Of a stretch of DNA of 64,000 nt, positions 22,001 through 31,385 are shown piece after piece (position 1 is the first letter of the stretch; each line of letters begins with the position of its first letter). Source of the stretch: a virus (lineage: Duplodnaviria > Caudoviricetes); IMG/VR virus record IMGVR_UViG_3300027818_000041, positions 301 through 64,300 of that record. One strand, given 5' to 3'. A model generated the notes under the pieces. It saw nothing but the letters and a program-made list of their open reading frames with translations, did not search any database and was not told the origin of the DNA. The position numbers and the translations under genes were made by a program.

Positions 22001-24128
22001 AGATTTGACACCGGTTGTGGCGGATGGAGGCTTTATAAACGAAATTAGGCTTTTGACAAGTTCTGAGGTTTTTATTATAACAAGTGAGAATTACCCCCGG
22101 ATTTGTATAGACCTAGAGAAGCAGTACAATATAGTAAGTAAATCAGTATGGGCTGGTCCAACTATTTATCCGGCTTCGTATATACCTCCCTGGTCTAGTG
22201 CAGATGCTTATTTTAGATATTCTTCGGAATTGACGGACAATCCTAGTTTAATTAGTTTTATTACCACCCCTCCTTCAGTAGCTTTTTTTGGGACTCAGCA
22301 GAGTTTCATAAATTATCATGATACCCAATTTGTAATTGGTAACAGTGTTTGGTTACTAAGAGGTAGTTATGAAATTAGATGGGAATCTTTGGGGGCTACA
22401 ACAACCACAAAGTTCAAACTCGTTGTAGCTTCCGGACCTTATGTTATTGAGGTTTTTGCTGTAACTGTAGACTCTGATTGGACAGTTCAAAGCAGTATAA
22501 TACACATAGAAGAGACAGGCTTTTATGTTTTATCTGTGGAGGAATATCTTCAATATGATGATGTGAATTGGGGAGTGCGCAATATTTATATTTATTCAGC
22601 TTCGGGAGTTTCTAGGTGGGTTCAAATAGAAATGAATGCTGCAACTGAGTATTTCTATATATGGAATGGTGGCAGCCCTTACAATGACAAAAGCAGAGCA
22701 TTACGTAAAGTTTTTTTGTTTACAGATGACAGAAAAATACCTCCAACTCAAAATAGTAATTGGTGGATTTCAAATGTAAGTTCTCTTTCTTCTGATTATA
22801 TCAACACACTAGTGGATGAGTGTTCATTGGACATACAATATCCAGCTACTACCGAATTAGATTGGGTATTGTTCAGAGAAGCAGATCATTTTGGGATAGA
22901 TCGTTTTTGGCTTGAGCAAGACCTTTTGTGTTTTAATTTTTATATAGATAATATAGATAATATGGATACATCTATAGGAGGTTTCGGTTTTGGGAATGTT
23001 GACGGAAAGTATCCATTTATAGCAGATGGCTATTATAGTAGTGAGAACATGACTTCAAAGCCTGTTTTGCCATACAAGAGAGGTGTTTATGGGTGGGATA
23101 TGAGTAGGCTTTCATTACATTCTGGATGGAACAGGGTTCGTCTTAGATTCGTAGATTTTAATGCGACAGTTCCAATAACTATACCTGGAGTGGATGAGGT
23201 TTCTGCCAATTTAAATTTACGTAATTATGTAACAACTTCTTTCGGTATATTTTATAAAGGAAAAGGAGTTCCGTTAAATATTAAAATTGAAAATATAACC
23301 GTAGAGCGTAACAGATTTGATACCGATGTTAAATTTGGGAAAGGAGTTTGTATTGGGTATGGCGAATACATGCTAGTGCAGGCTCCCGGTATAAACTTGG
23401 GGCAAGGCTCTTTGGAGCTTACAATGTCCATGTACAGCGATAGTTCTGGTATTGATTTTTTTGGTGTACCTGTGTCCAGAACTATTTTAACCATGTCTAA
23501 TTCAAACAACGATTTGCTTTCTTTGGGAATAACAGGTGGTAGTTGGTTTGAAATAGCATTTGGTAACTCTCTTAAAATGTTAAACAAGTTCGGCGTCATG
23601 GGAGATCAGAGTGTTATAGAATCTGCCTATATTGGATATGGGGAGCCTTTTCATTTAGGGCTGGCATGGAGTAATGATTCTTCAGCGTTTGATAATGGAG
23701 ATACTATTCGTCTATATTTGAATGGAAGATTGATAGTGAATTGGAAAGATACTTGGGAGTTTGATGATTACAGGGTTCCATCCTTGATTCTTGGGGGAGG
23801 TACCTGTGCTACGGCTCTTGGTAATAACGCAGACGGTTCAGCAATTTTCGAAATAATCAAACTATATAATTATTGTAAAGATAATTTTGATCCAGGGGAA
23901 TCTTTGTTAGAAATACCGGAAAAGGATGATCCTAATGATTATATTTATATTTCAAAAAATAATGTAGATTTTTGTAGTAGGTATGATCTTGATCTTCCGT
24001 TCAGTTTCATACAAGTTCAGCCGGGGGAAAAAGTACCGATTTATATAAAAAGCTTTAAAGATGCTAAAGGTGGAAATTTAAGCTCCTTGACTGGTGAAAT
24101 TATAGTCGAGTGGGAAGTAGCAGTGTAG
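16047..24128 (+). CDS. Giant putative tail/receptor-binding protein (2693 aa) with discoidin (F5/8 type C)-like and LamG/ConA-like domains
   Basis: 8-kb ORF; discoidin-like motifs (WVGWDFG...FQGSN...YRYYRI; IELFEPKRINKIYI); LamG motif (DFTMEFRV...WYHIAVTRNG...LFVDG...FNGRMDEFR); second LamG-like region near the C-terminus. Confidence 0.65.
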   Translation: MQSSNLLKYAKYIRNLSLCKYDTNFGYTTNWSVNTNVDGWDIYNDIYFYGCWNGVLFGSSYGKECFIQRTYQFLGLSAEDYYTINMMMRILPKEGYPAPKKGKIRWITANDTLWDSNKEMEFDLTDTIEWYMYIITAGESKWYQGDITNLRIYPFLDGHMGCKFELKYVRIEALDKYICNNTECSHYTVYSHPCPWTGSYGSCTAETRLETYTTASGISDSLIVDINDYGEEVITLGTNTELSGNEMAKLLASRINTIGLGGYYYASVEYTETGRLKISGGDVGSTVRITGGTATQALGFYDSFGFIGTIEDGTAPATGFDYASTRRLNSIELSQLIDGSDDLAYYHNPEQYSVEGGRADFFNSLTSNTRDHSGLSEFFYNIPAPGITIIDVTHPFNDSGKITDIYVNCSKIREDGAGVYIVRPQKNGSFRIIHTFTLSPEDPNYVWTSAHTSHHISCDALVSKGDVMAFYNADLHCVIAHASGKINARYFYYTGFPTTIFNPGTAVGNGVIGFSWYARSKYRQLSTILEIDFGKRVNVGTLSFTGAELSSYFDYNIACCLDMHWEVDLHNETHIHIITYCSTGYHTTVEHKNIAYGIECLSDGIRSPDGGRQGDSFGVGADGLITLGTHSYFYVNGDGEWDYQYECDGKHEFCYPYCGASNGSFGKDPISFILRFPEGVSEEVHKTAIYFKESKNFRHFSLSYYAGSERSRTTGDAIGYHYVPSFNSVELDGATITEENADGIDGNQQFKFYFFSNPTPWISPSWDAQAGSALDSFLNYHSVANLQWNLLAHNFDPVRCNGFKIFCDHHGSTKISEMELFVRTESKASLTDNAVLKVSDYGDRWRYVPFVVDPLYPSSILAKIDSSPRYAILDLNSQLPFKAFGLHVESSNSNVFDSCTNSFNMTGINPEGYSDTNVIELENVYGVPCNLTVSIDTDLISGDKTLSHIICHDQAGIDDAIVGPGGQLYKKADYPIYLGEGNVANNCKIYGLKNLIDGKEAYYLKNNLDIWNYWGTLHHGEAINFESQLNYAEVNFTFPEVVASFVRLDLTKGASNKFSYYINQIYAFYGGSFIEDAVFYLDANPGVDDHLGFETTCVSGILQPVVIFEDIFNRSEFRDIWGYIKTPTYRVLSELRSLNSKLYCYSIENGVTLEAFYTIPDGVGTWNYDIEFTLGQVYPLTTTIDFYAEYMDFDGNWFHRVTSLASDPYIRFYNSKESSVNVLNVTKTTITTPKEYVIKVSKRGFIDSFYINTFTAVTDNNQGAYNRLCKIRFVFYNSGTDTSERTDLYVTNVKITVFPEISYRSSIVIQLPSNQLDTIRFYTEDGSLTSLALYISDISGNFVYNTTNAETTDQLPVIANLAYIHRRGYDCLGNDVYTQRIYNRDHTYNAVYTDTGIDRWVGWDFGDCPKIINYLILRQQGPLYFMFQGSNEVPASFGDKVWATLLESTCDGTLAFAYLDVPNTTKYRYYRIVVPYIPENYSITWTASEHAYAIKYNSTSVTATVWNDPVRFYFAIDLGKRYNIDIVRHYGASSTHELGIGSTYIFYANTDTTDIDLVQWDSGNVYILIHFDSFIDSKLLESAKGFDVPVLGTFSIDNSISVFGWSGVFNGIDTVAYINDLGSLVFHNYDFTMEFRVWVHTFPTGTSEAVFVCKGKTATATRSFSIGVASSGYLFIRYLFDDNTSSVYNIYELIEATWYHIAVTRNGIYMHLFVDGVLVYSWRKNNVVYNTSDYIHLGAQHTNTGTYGSYFNGRMDEFRLLMFSCLWRGSFTVSPDPYLDTVASNKDTRWLKFKLDCSASITRINYLGVYPNTEIVFAPAGGLNCEWDFIGRELCDFSVGEYNIIKQYATISGSSTFNNSYATNVAVAYEEGMGLDNCWGFLSTDLNPSLHIELFEPKRINKIYIKHGTGNDSDGYYIKDYTIQAAPTTSGVFTNIVSMTNNTSYETLHEFSVTEVQVVKFIITDYVSGNITVYDAETIEGQVVPDLTPVVADGGFINEIRLLTSSEVFIITSENYPRICIDLEKQYNIVSKSVWAGPTIYPASYIPPWSSADAYFRYSSELTDNPSLISFITTPPSVAFFGTQQSFINYHDTQFVIGNSVWLLRGSYEIRWESLGATTTTKFKLVVASGPYVIEVFAVTVDSDWTVQSSIIHIEETGFYVLSVEEYLQYDDVNWGVRNIYIYSASGVSRWVQIEMNAATEYFYIWNGGSPYNDKSRALRKVFLFTDDRKIPPTQNSNWWISNVSSLSSDYINTLVDECSLDIQYPATTELDWVLFREADHFGIDRFWLEQDLLCFNFYIDNIDNMDTSIGGFGFGNVDGKYPFIADGYYSSENMTSKPVLPYKRGVYGWDMSRLSLHSGWNRVRLRFVDFNATVPITIPGVDEVSANLNLRNYVTTSFGIFYKGKGVPLNIKIENITVERNRFDTDVKFGKGVCIGYGEYMLVQAPGINLGQGSLELTMSMYSDSSGIDFFGVPVSRTILTMSNSNNDLLSLGITGGSWFEIAFGNSLKMLNKFGVMGDQSVIESAYIGYGEPFHLGLAWSNDSSAFDNGDTIRLYLNGRLIVNWKDTWEFDDYRVPSLILGGGTCATALGNNADGSAIFEIIKLYNYCKDNFDPGESLLEIPEKDDPNDYIYISKNNVDFCSRYDLDLPFSFIQVQPGEKVPIYIKSFKDAKGGNLSSLTGEIIVEWEVAV

Positions 24129-24137
24129 GTAATATAT

Positions 24138-26408
24138 ATGGCACAATATAACGTAGCAACCAGGGCTGTTTTATCTTCTATAACAACCTCTGGAACAGGA
24201 AATAAGGTTCTAACCTCTTTGGAGTTGAGAGCCTTAGTAGATGGTATTACTGTGTCTGGTGGGGCTAGTCTATCTTCTCCAGATGTTTTATACTTAAATA
24301 TAGATCTTGGTAACAGGATATACATAGATTCGTTTTTTGTGTACGTAGACAGTGCTGCTTCCAGGGAGACTGTAGCTTCAAATCTTGGATTTTATTACAG
24401 AAATAGTGAAAGTGATTCTTTTGTTCAGGTGGACACTTCCGATAATTCCTTATATTATTTTGCCTCTTCTCTGCCGGACATATTTGCTCCAATACAGTGT
24501 AGAATAACCCTATCTGGGGTAGACTGCACGTTAAGAGAGCTTGTTATATATAATAATGATTATAGTGTTGCCTTTGGGGAGGATGGTGCTTTAACGGAGT
24601 ATACAATAGATGACGCCCCCACAGGAGGGAATAGCTCTATTCATACAATTCCAATATTTAATAACGACCCCCCAGGAAGTATGCCGGTAACTGCCTTCAT
24701 ATCTATTGATTATTCTGGTAATGAATGGGATAAAAACCTAAAGCTTTCCAGTGATGGAGAAACTTTTTATTCCTGGGATGATGGACCTTCGCTGGACAGT
24801 AATCAAGAAGGAGAATCTTATACGTGGAACATGGGTACTTGTTCCGGAACAGTTGTGTCAGGAACATCAATCAGATTGAACGTCACATTAAGTGGGACGT
24901 ATACAACTCCTATATTTCAATTTAATGGGCGTTATGGTAGAGACGAATTACATATAATTACAGCCTCCGGGGTAGAAATTTATCCTACGTATAAGACAAA
25001 TATTGTAGATCAATTTTCTCCAAGTTATGTTGTTGTAGAAGAAACTTTAGTAAGCGGTACTTCAATAACTAAAACCGTAGGATCTGTTGATGCTACCATG
25101 GAAATAAGAAGCAGTAATGTAGATCCTGTGGATACTTTTGTTGTTTATTGGGCATATAAGAGCAAGACAAATGTATCAATAGTTCATGTTATGAAGATAG
25201 ATATTGATACAGGAGTTATAACTCCTACCTGGTCTTTATATACACCAACGGGTTATGGTGTTCAAAACATCTGGGGTACGGGTATAGACCCTTTTACTGG
25301 GATGATGTATATAGCCTCCAATGCTCCTTCATATTCTGCAAATTCCTGGAATTGCATCATAGATAAAGACGGAGTAGTTATATTGGCTGTAGCTGCCAAT
25401 GTGTGGATGAGGTATGCGCCTCATTATGATTGGCAGTCAAATGGTAGATTTTGGATTTACTCTGATTATTATGGTGGGTTTGGGTTGTGTACCTACACAA
25501 CACATACAGCTGTTGTATCTATTGACGAGACTATGGATTGGATTACTTCATATTCTGCGGAACCTTTCGGTTCCGGGTGTTGGGTATATAACAGTGTAAC
25601 TGCACAACTCCAATTTTATGACGGTAACATGACTCTGCAGCACGGCTATTCTATGTCTGGCGGGGTTGAGATAATAGCCGCCTCTTTAGATGGTGGTTGT
25701 TGGGTGTATACTGTAGAACGTCATTGGATAGCAAGGTATAATACACTTGGAGAGAAAATAACAGAATTTGGTCCTGTTACCCGTGACGGGTATCAACTTA
25801 CTCATATGGTTATAGACAGATTGGAAAGCGATGGTTTGTGGTTAGTTACTCCTGTTGATGTGCGCCACGTTTCTTCTTCTGGAGAAATCATAGGTGCTCA
25901 GACCTTTGGTCCGACTACTGGTATTCATGCCACGGAGAGGGGCGCGGTAGTGACAAATAACTTAACTTATTACATGATGGTTTTGGATCCAGATTGTAAT
26001 ATTTTATTCAGTAGAAATCTTACAAGTTATATGCACAGTACTCCAGTGGCATCCCCCAACGCTATGATGTTCTCATACAGGCATTACGACACATTACGTT
26101 ATAACAGGGCTGTTACTATACCGGATCCTGTTGATCCTGTGTGGGGGTCCAATGGAAGTTTACAATGGACCGAGGTAAAGAAAACAGGATATGTGCTTCC
26201 TAAGTATAGATACCATCAATTTAGATTTACTTTACGTAGTCCAAGTACAAATATAACTCCTACTTTGGATGGTATTTATATGCCAATGTCTGTTAAAATA
26301 CCAGACATATATCCACAAGAAAGTAAACCATTGTATATAAGAGCTGATTTTGAGGGAGTGGAGGATGCTTTATATACGTCTAAATTAAAATGTTGGTGGA
26401 CTAAGTAG
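24138..26408 (+). CDS. Putative virion protein (756 aa): discoidin-like N-terminus and probable beta-propeller
   Basis: YLNIDLGNRIYID discoidin-like strand; repeated GCWVY/GFWIY/GLWLV blades in the central region. Confidence 0.55.
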   Translation: MAQYNVATRAVLSSITTSGTGNKVLTSLELRALVDGITVSGGASLSSPDVLYLNIDLGNRIYIDSFFVYVDSAASRETVASNLGFYYRNSESDSFVQVDTSDNSLYYFASSLPDIFAPIQCRITLSGVDCTLRELVIYNNDYSVAFGEDGALTEYTIDDAPTGGNSSIHTIPIFNNDPPGSMPVTAFISIDYSGNEWDKNLKLSSDGETFYSWDDGPSLDSNQEGESYTWNMGTCSGTVVSGTSIRLNVTLSGTYTTPIFQFNGRYGRDELHIITASGVEIYPTYKTNIVDQFSPSYVVVEETLVSGTSITKTVGSVDATMEIRSSNVDPVDTFVVYWAYKSKTNVSIVHVMKIDIDTGVITPTWSLYTPTGYGVQNIWGTGIDPFTGMMYIASNAPSYSANSWNCIIDKDGVVILAVAANVWMRYAPHYDWQSNGRFWIYSDYYGGFGLCTYTTHTAVVSIDETMDWITSYSAEPFGSGCWVYNSVTAQLQFYDGNMTLQHGYSMSGGVEIIAASLDGGCWVYTVERHWIARYNTLGEKITEFGPVTRDGYQLTHMVIDRLESDGLWLVTPVDVRHVSSSGEIIGAQTFGPTTGIHATERGAVVTNNLTYYMMVLDPDCNILFSRNLTSYMHSTPVASPNAMMFSYRHYDTLRYNRAVTIPDPVDPVWGSNGSLQWTEVKKTGYVLPKYRYHQFRFTLRSPSTNITPTLDGIYMPMSVKIPDIYPQESKPLYIRADFEGVEDALYTSKLKCWWTK

Positions 26409-26418
26409 GAGATATAGA

Positions 26419-29082
26419 ATGGTTCTTACGGGGTGGAACATAGATAAAAGATATAGGTTTTTGGTAGAAGCCGGCACGGTGGCTGCTGATCTAACAGACA
26501 TACCTGTTATGTTGAATCTTGGTGCGAGCAGTGGTAAGTATTCTTACGACATAACAACTATTTTTGATGAACTCGGTCCTGATTATAGGAAGATTGCAGT
26601 TGAGTATGGGAACAGTGGCAGTCAGTGTTTTGTTGAGGTAGAGAAGTGGGGGTCTTTTACACAAATACCACAAGCATCGGGTACAAACATAGGACAGGAA
26701 AATCCAGCATATACCGGTGGGGCTTTTGACGGAGTGGAGAATAACCCAGATGCTACGGGGTCCTGGTATGCCTATGTTGCTACGTATGTCTCTACCGGTT
26801 GGGTTGGAAAAGATTATGGTGGAGGGACTAGCTACATAGTACAACGTTGTGATTTATTGTGTAATGGCTCCACATATGATCCTAAGGATTTTACAATTGA
26901 TGGCTCTAACAACGGTACTGATTGGGTTGTATTACATTCTGTTCTGGGGGAGCCTATGTGGACAACCTCAGTTACCTGGAAAAGTTATGAATTTTATAAT
27001 ACAACACCTTACAGATATTACAGATTGAATGTTACTGCCAACTGGGGATCTGGTTATTTGGTAGTTATGGAAATTAAGTTTTATTATTGGATTAACGATG
27101 AGAATGCCGTACTTTGGGTTAAAGTCCCTACTTTGTATGCTTCAGAGTCTACCCTTCTTTATTTATACTATGATGTTACACATGAAGACAATGATATAGG
27201 TGATGTAGTATTATTGCTTACTTATGATGGGGCGGATGAAAGCCAGTTATTTTTTGATTATTCTCCTTTTCCTAAAGGATTAGGGGCTGTGGGGTCTGTT
27301 AAGCACGACAGTGCACAGGCAAAATTTGGAAGTACCTCAATGAAATCCGCAACAGGATCTAATTACATTGTAGTAAGTGGTACTAATACAGATTTATCTT
27401 TTTCTGGGGACTTTACAATACATTATTGGGTGTATCCTTCCACCGGATCTCATGGTCTTGTAAATTATTCATCCACAAATAAACTTCACACCTTGTATAT
27501 GGACTCTGCTACAAGTGGACGTGTTTTGATGGATGCTGGGAATGTAATTACTGGGTTGGTATTCCCAGCTACTAGTTGGTCTCACTACGCTCTTACACGC
27601 GCTGGTAATACTATTTGTGCTTACGTGAATGGTGTGCTGGCAGGAACCGGAACTAAAGCAACAACAATAGGCGCGACTACAACCAATTATTTGTTTGGAG
27701 ATGCTTCCGGTCATACTATGAATGGCTGGGTAGACTCTTTAGTAATTATAAAAGGCAAAGCCTTGTGGCAGGGTACTTCCTCTTTTACACCCCCTACAGC
27801 TCCCCCCGAAATAAAATACATAGGCAGGAGTGGTTCTACAGCAGGAGCCAAGGTTTGGGAAAATGGGTATGTGCTTGTTGGGCACTTAGCACAGGACCCT
27901 ATATCTTTATCTAATAATATAATAGATTCTACCATCTACAGAAAAGCAGGAAAAAGTTATGGTAGTATGCTATCCAGTGATAGTGTGACTTCTTCTGGTA
28001 CTATTGGTTATGGTATAGATTTCGATGGTAGCAATGATTACATAAACTTTGGATACGATACTGTTCATAATATTACTACTACACTGACACTTGAAGCTAT
28101 AATAAAACCAAATACTGTTTTAGACTCAGGTTTAACTACAAATAGAGGAATTATAAGTAGACAGCATGATGCCACTGACAACCAGGATACTTATGGTTTT
28201 TTTATAAACCCGGATGGAAAACTACAACTAGATTCTTATGGTGGAAGTATACAAAGTACACTTTCTTCTTGGGGGGCAAATACACCTTATTACATAGCCG
28301 GAACTTATTCCTCTACATCACTGTCTGGTATTCTATTTGTGAATGGTGTTTCTGAATCCTTGAGTGTTAGTACCTATAATAGCATGGCTGGAAGTGCTTC
28401 AAATAATCTTGTTGTTGGTAAGCACGCGGATGCTTCTGAGTTTTTTCCGGGAATAATAGATGAAGTTAGGGTTTCAAATTGTGAGCGCTCCAGTTCTTGG
28501 TTGGAAGCTATTTATTTATCTAGCAGTGATTTGCTTGGTATGTTTTCTTCAGCTTATGCTATAACCTATTCTGGGGCAGAGCCTTGTTGCTTAGAGAAGA
28601 TGTATGGGAAATATCAAACCTTGAGAATTATTCCAATTGTAGATCCTTTTCTGGGATCTTATTGTGATTTATCTTTTTATCTTGGTTCCAGTTTTTTAGG
28701 ATCCACCTACTTAACCTCTGTTTCAGGAGTATTGTCTGGGACTTATGTTGAGGCAGGTCTAAATACTATATCTGGAACAGGGTATAGTTGGTATGTAACT
28801 GGTGTTGTTTCTGGGACAGGTGCATCCGTTTATTCTTCCATATATGATTTCTATGTTAGGTATTTATGTTCAGGGACTTGTTCTATAGGAGATACCACTG
28901 TTTCGGGGGCGCTTATATATTTACACAACAGAGATACAGGTGAGTACTTAGGCACAACCACAACTGCCGGGGAGGGAACCTTTCAAATTGATTCCACATA
29001 TGGTGGAAACCATTATGTGGTTGCTTTACATCCAGATGAAGCATACAACGGATTGGTCTATGATAGGATAGTTCCGGAATAG
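26419..29082 (+). CDS. Putative tail fibre/receptor-binding protein (887 aa): DUF2341-like scaffold, discoidin-like domain, two LamG domains and a C-terminal beta-sandwich
   Basis: LTDIPVMLNL...VEVEKW...AVLWVKVP...LYLYYD (DUF2341-like); FTIDGSNNGTDW...YRYYRLNVT (discoidin); GIDFDGSNDY...FFPGIIDEVRVS (LamG). Confidence 0.65.
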   Translation: MVLTGWNIDKRYRFLVEAGTVAADLTDIPVMLNLGASSGKYSYDITTIFDELGPDYRKIAVEYGNSGSQCFVEVEKWGSFTQIPQASGTNIGQENPAYTGGAFDGVENNPDATGSWYAYVATYVSTGWVGKDYGGGTSYIVQRCDLLCNGSTYDPKDFTIDGSNNGTDWVVLHSVLGEPMWTTSVTWKSYEFYNTTPYRYYRLNVTANWGSGYLVVMEIKFYYWINDENAVLWVKVPTLYASESTLLYLYYDVTHEDNDIGDVVLLLTYDGADESQLFFDYSPFPKGLGAVGSVKHDSAQAKFGSTSMKSATGSNYIVVSGTNTDLSFSGDFTIHYWVYPSTGSHGLVNYSSTNKLHTLYMDSATSGRVLMDAGNVITGLVFPATSWSHYALTRAGNTICAYVNGVLAGTGTKATTIGATTTNYLFGDASGHTMNGWVDSLVIIKGKALWQGTSSFTPPTAPPEIKYIGRSGSTAGAKVWENGYVLVGHLAQDPISLSNNIIDSTIYRKAGKSYGSMLSSDSVTSSGTIGYGIDFDGSNDYINFGYDTVHNITTTLTLEAIIKPNTVLDSGLTTNRGIISRQHDATDNQDTYGFFINPDGKLQLDSYGGSIQSTLSSWGANTPYYIAGTYSSTSLSGILFVNGVSESLSVSTYNSMAGSASNNLVVGKHADASEFFPGIIDEVRVSNCERSSSWLEAIYLSSSDLLGMFSSAYAITYSGAEPCCLEKMYGKYQTLRIIPIVDPFLGSYCDLSFYLGSSFLGSTYLTSVSGVLSGTYVEAGLNTISGTGYSWYVTGVVSGTGASVYSSIYDFYVRYLCSGTCSIGDTTVSGALIYLHNRDTGEYLGTTTTAGEGTFQIDSTYGGNHYVVALHPDEAYNGLVYDRIVPE

Positions 29083-29084
29083 CT

Positions 29085-31385
29085 ATGTCTGCTTACGTTC
29101 CGCCAGAGGCACAAGGATTACCTTTTAACTTTACCGAGTCTGGATATTCTCCTCCTGATTTTAGCGCAGTTCCTTTTGATTTTTTTACTGGGTTTTCTGA
29201 CTCTGCTTTTCTTACATCTGCTGTACAGGTTATGCAGATGTATACAGAAACAACTTATAGTGAGATCAAAGAATGTAAAACTATAATCATAGGCTACGGC
29301 GCTAACGGAATACAGACCTTACAACTTCCTTGTGAGTATCTAGGGATTCGTGATTTACTTAGCAGTATTTATGGGGAGCTTCCATACTTTGATTTAACAT
29401 CTTTAATTGTTGGGCAGCTTGGATTTATATCAGAAGATCGATATTTATCATCTATAATTAAATCTATCGTAAAAGAAACTGTTGATTTACAAAAGATTAT
29501 ACATGGTTGGGATTTATCTGACCTTCAGAGTTTGTTGGATGGGTATGCTCTTTTTGATTTGAGCTTTTATATAAAAACTCAGCGTTCAGAAAATAAAGAT
29601 ATTCTATCAGCTATAAGGGTACTAATGTCCTCTTATGCTGACATTTCTTATTGGATTGGAGGTTTTAAGGGATATCAAATTCCTTATGATTTGTATAGTG
29701 ATATTTATGCAATACCTCCTTCTGATTTAATCTCCTACTTAAATATAATTGAAATAAGTGATTTACCTGTAGATATTTCCCCTCAGAAGTACAAAGGATA
29801 CTCTACTTTTGAGTCATTTTTAAGGACGTATCATAAAGAAAATAATAATCTTATTTCTATATTACACGGTTGGGACCTTTCTTATTTACCAGGGTATTTG
29901 TTGTGTGCTCATATACATGATCTACCAGGCACAATTCAAGGATCTTTTACAGAGTCTATATTCTCCTTTTTATATCCTGTAGTTCCTGCCGGGATTTTAT
30001 CTAATATACATGGTTTTGCTACAGTAGATTTGCCTTCAGAGTTGATTGGTGGGTATGGAAGGACTCACCTATTGGGTTATATTTATGGGATACCTCCATC
30101 TGATATATCTTCTTATATAGGTGTCTTCAAAGAAGTAGAAGCTTATAGTACCATTTCTTCTTATCTTGAGTCCTATCATCAACATGATCTGTGGAGCACT
30201 ATACATTATATTGAGCCTGATGATTTAACATCAACTATTGTTGCCCGGGGAGGATATAAAAACCTTGATGTCATAATATATCCCAAAGTTATTTTCGTAA
30301 GACAATCTGTGTTCGTAAACATAGTTTCATCTAGAATATTAAACTCTGTAATAAACTCTCATTGTTTTGCTTCTGCTTATAGTGACCTTAGTCATTCTCT
30401 ATATGCTTTTGATAAATTAGATCTACGAGCGATAATACACCCCAGGTTGGAGGATGATGACAATCAAAAAGATTTAACTAGTTACATAAATTACGGATAT
30501 CTAGCTGAAGATACGTTTTCTATAAATATATTTATGGCTGATAGATATGCTAAAATCCCCATAGATATAAATAGAATCTCTACCATGTACACAGAGGATA
30601 CAATTTCCATTACCTTTAGTTCGGATTTTAGTAATTTTAAGGACAAGGTAAACTCTTTTAAGAACTTGTCTTCATATCTATACGGTTTACCTGTGCATGC
30701 GGATTTAGCGTCTAGGATTGTTCCCTCAAGAGATTATACTTTTGAAGGTATTAATTCCGAGAGTAAATATAAAAATCATCTTGTTGCTATAAACCTACAA
30801 AAGAGCTATGAAGTTTGGACAAGAGAACTGGATATTTACTTTAGAAGTGTAGTAAATCAATATTATTATGCTCAAGCAGGTGAAGCGGTTTATAGAGTAG
30901 ACAGGGATGAACATGTGATTGTTTATGTAGAGGGGTACTCAACTCTTTCAAATCCGATTCTTGGAATTGACCGGGGGAATGTAAGAGGAAAATACGTATT
31001 TAATTTATCTAACTATACTACTATAGATGCTGCAATACGGGATGCCATAGACAGGGTAAGTGTTTTGAGATCAAGCGATTTACCTGTGTATATTAACTCG
31101 GTTGAAGGTGTTGGTAATTACAGTTACTTAAGTAGTTATGTGCTTCCTATCTATTCAATTAGATCTGTAAAGTCTATAATATCAACTTTGGTTGGTATAT
31201 CAGAGACTATGACAGATCTTCCATCCACAATAAATGGGGAATATCCTAAAATTGATTTAGGTGGTGTTATAGTTGGTGTTTATTACGATGCAGTAGATCC
31301 GTTGCTTGCGGACTTTATATTTACAGAAGAAGATTTAACTTCCGTTGGGGGGAGTCAAGTGAATTTTACATTTAAGATAGTATAA
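29085..31385 (+). CDS. Putative virion protein (766 aa) built on a short D-L-x-[ST]-x-I-x-G repeat
   Basis: More than 20 degenerate copies, e.g. RDLLSSIYG, FDLTSLIVG, SDLQSLLDG, HDLPGTIQG, TDLPSTING. Confidence 0.55.
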   Translation: MSAYVPPEAQGLPFNFTESGYSPPDFSAVPFDFFTGFSDSAFLTSAVQVMQMYTETTYSEIKECKTIIIGYGANGIQTLQLPCEYLGIRDLLSSIYGELPYFDLTSLIVGQLGFISEDRYLSSIIKSIVKETVDLQKIIHGWDLSDLQSLLDGYALFDLSFYIKTQRSENKDILSAIRVLMSSYADISYWIGGFKGYQIPYDLYSDIYAIPPSDLISYLNIIEISDLPVDISPQKYKGYSTFESFLRTYHKENNNLISILHGWDLSYLPGYLLCAHIHDLPGTIQGSFTESIFSFLYPVVPAGILSNIHGFATVDLPSELIGGYGRTHLLGYIYGIPPSDISSYIGVFKEVEAYSTISSYLESYHQHDLWSTIHYIEPDDLTSTIVARGGYKNLDVIIYPKVIFVRQSVFVNIVSSRILNSVINSHCFASAYSDLSHSLYAFDKLDLRAIIHPRLEDDDNQKDLTSYINYGYLAEDTFSINIFMADRYAKIPIDINRISTMYTEDTISITFSSDFSNFKDKVNSFKNLSSYLYGLPVHADLASRIVPSRDYTFEGINSESKYKNHLVAINLQKSYEVWTRELDIYFRSVVNQYYYAQAGEAVYRVDRDEHVIVYVEGYSTLSNPILGIDRGNVRGKYVFNLSNYTTIDAAIRDAIDRVSVLRSSDLPVYINSVEGVGNYSYLSSYVLPIYSIRSVKSIISTLVGISETMTDLPSTINGEYPKIDLGGVIVGVYYDAVDPLLADFIFTEEDLTSVGGSQVNFTFKIV

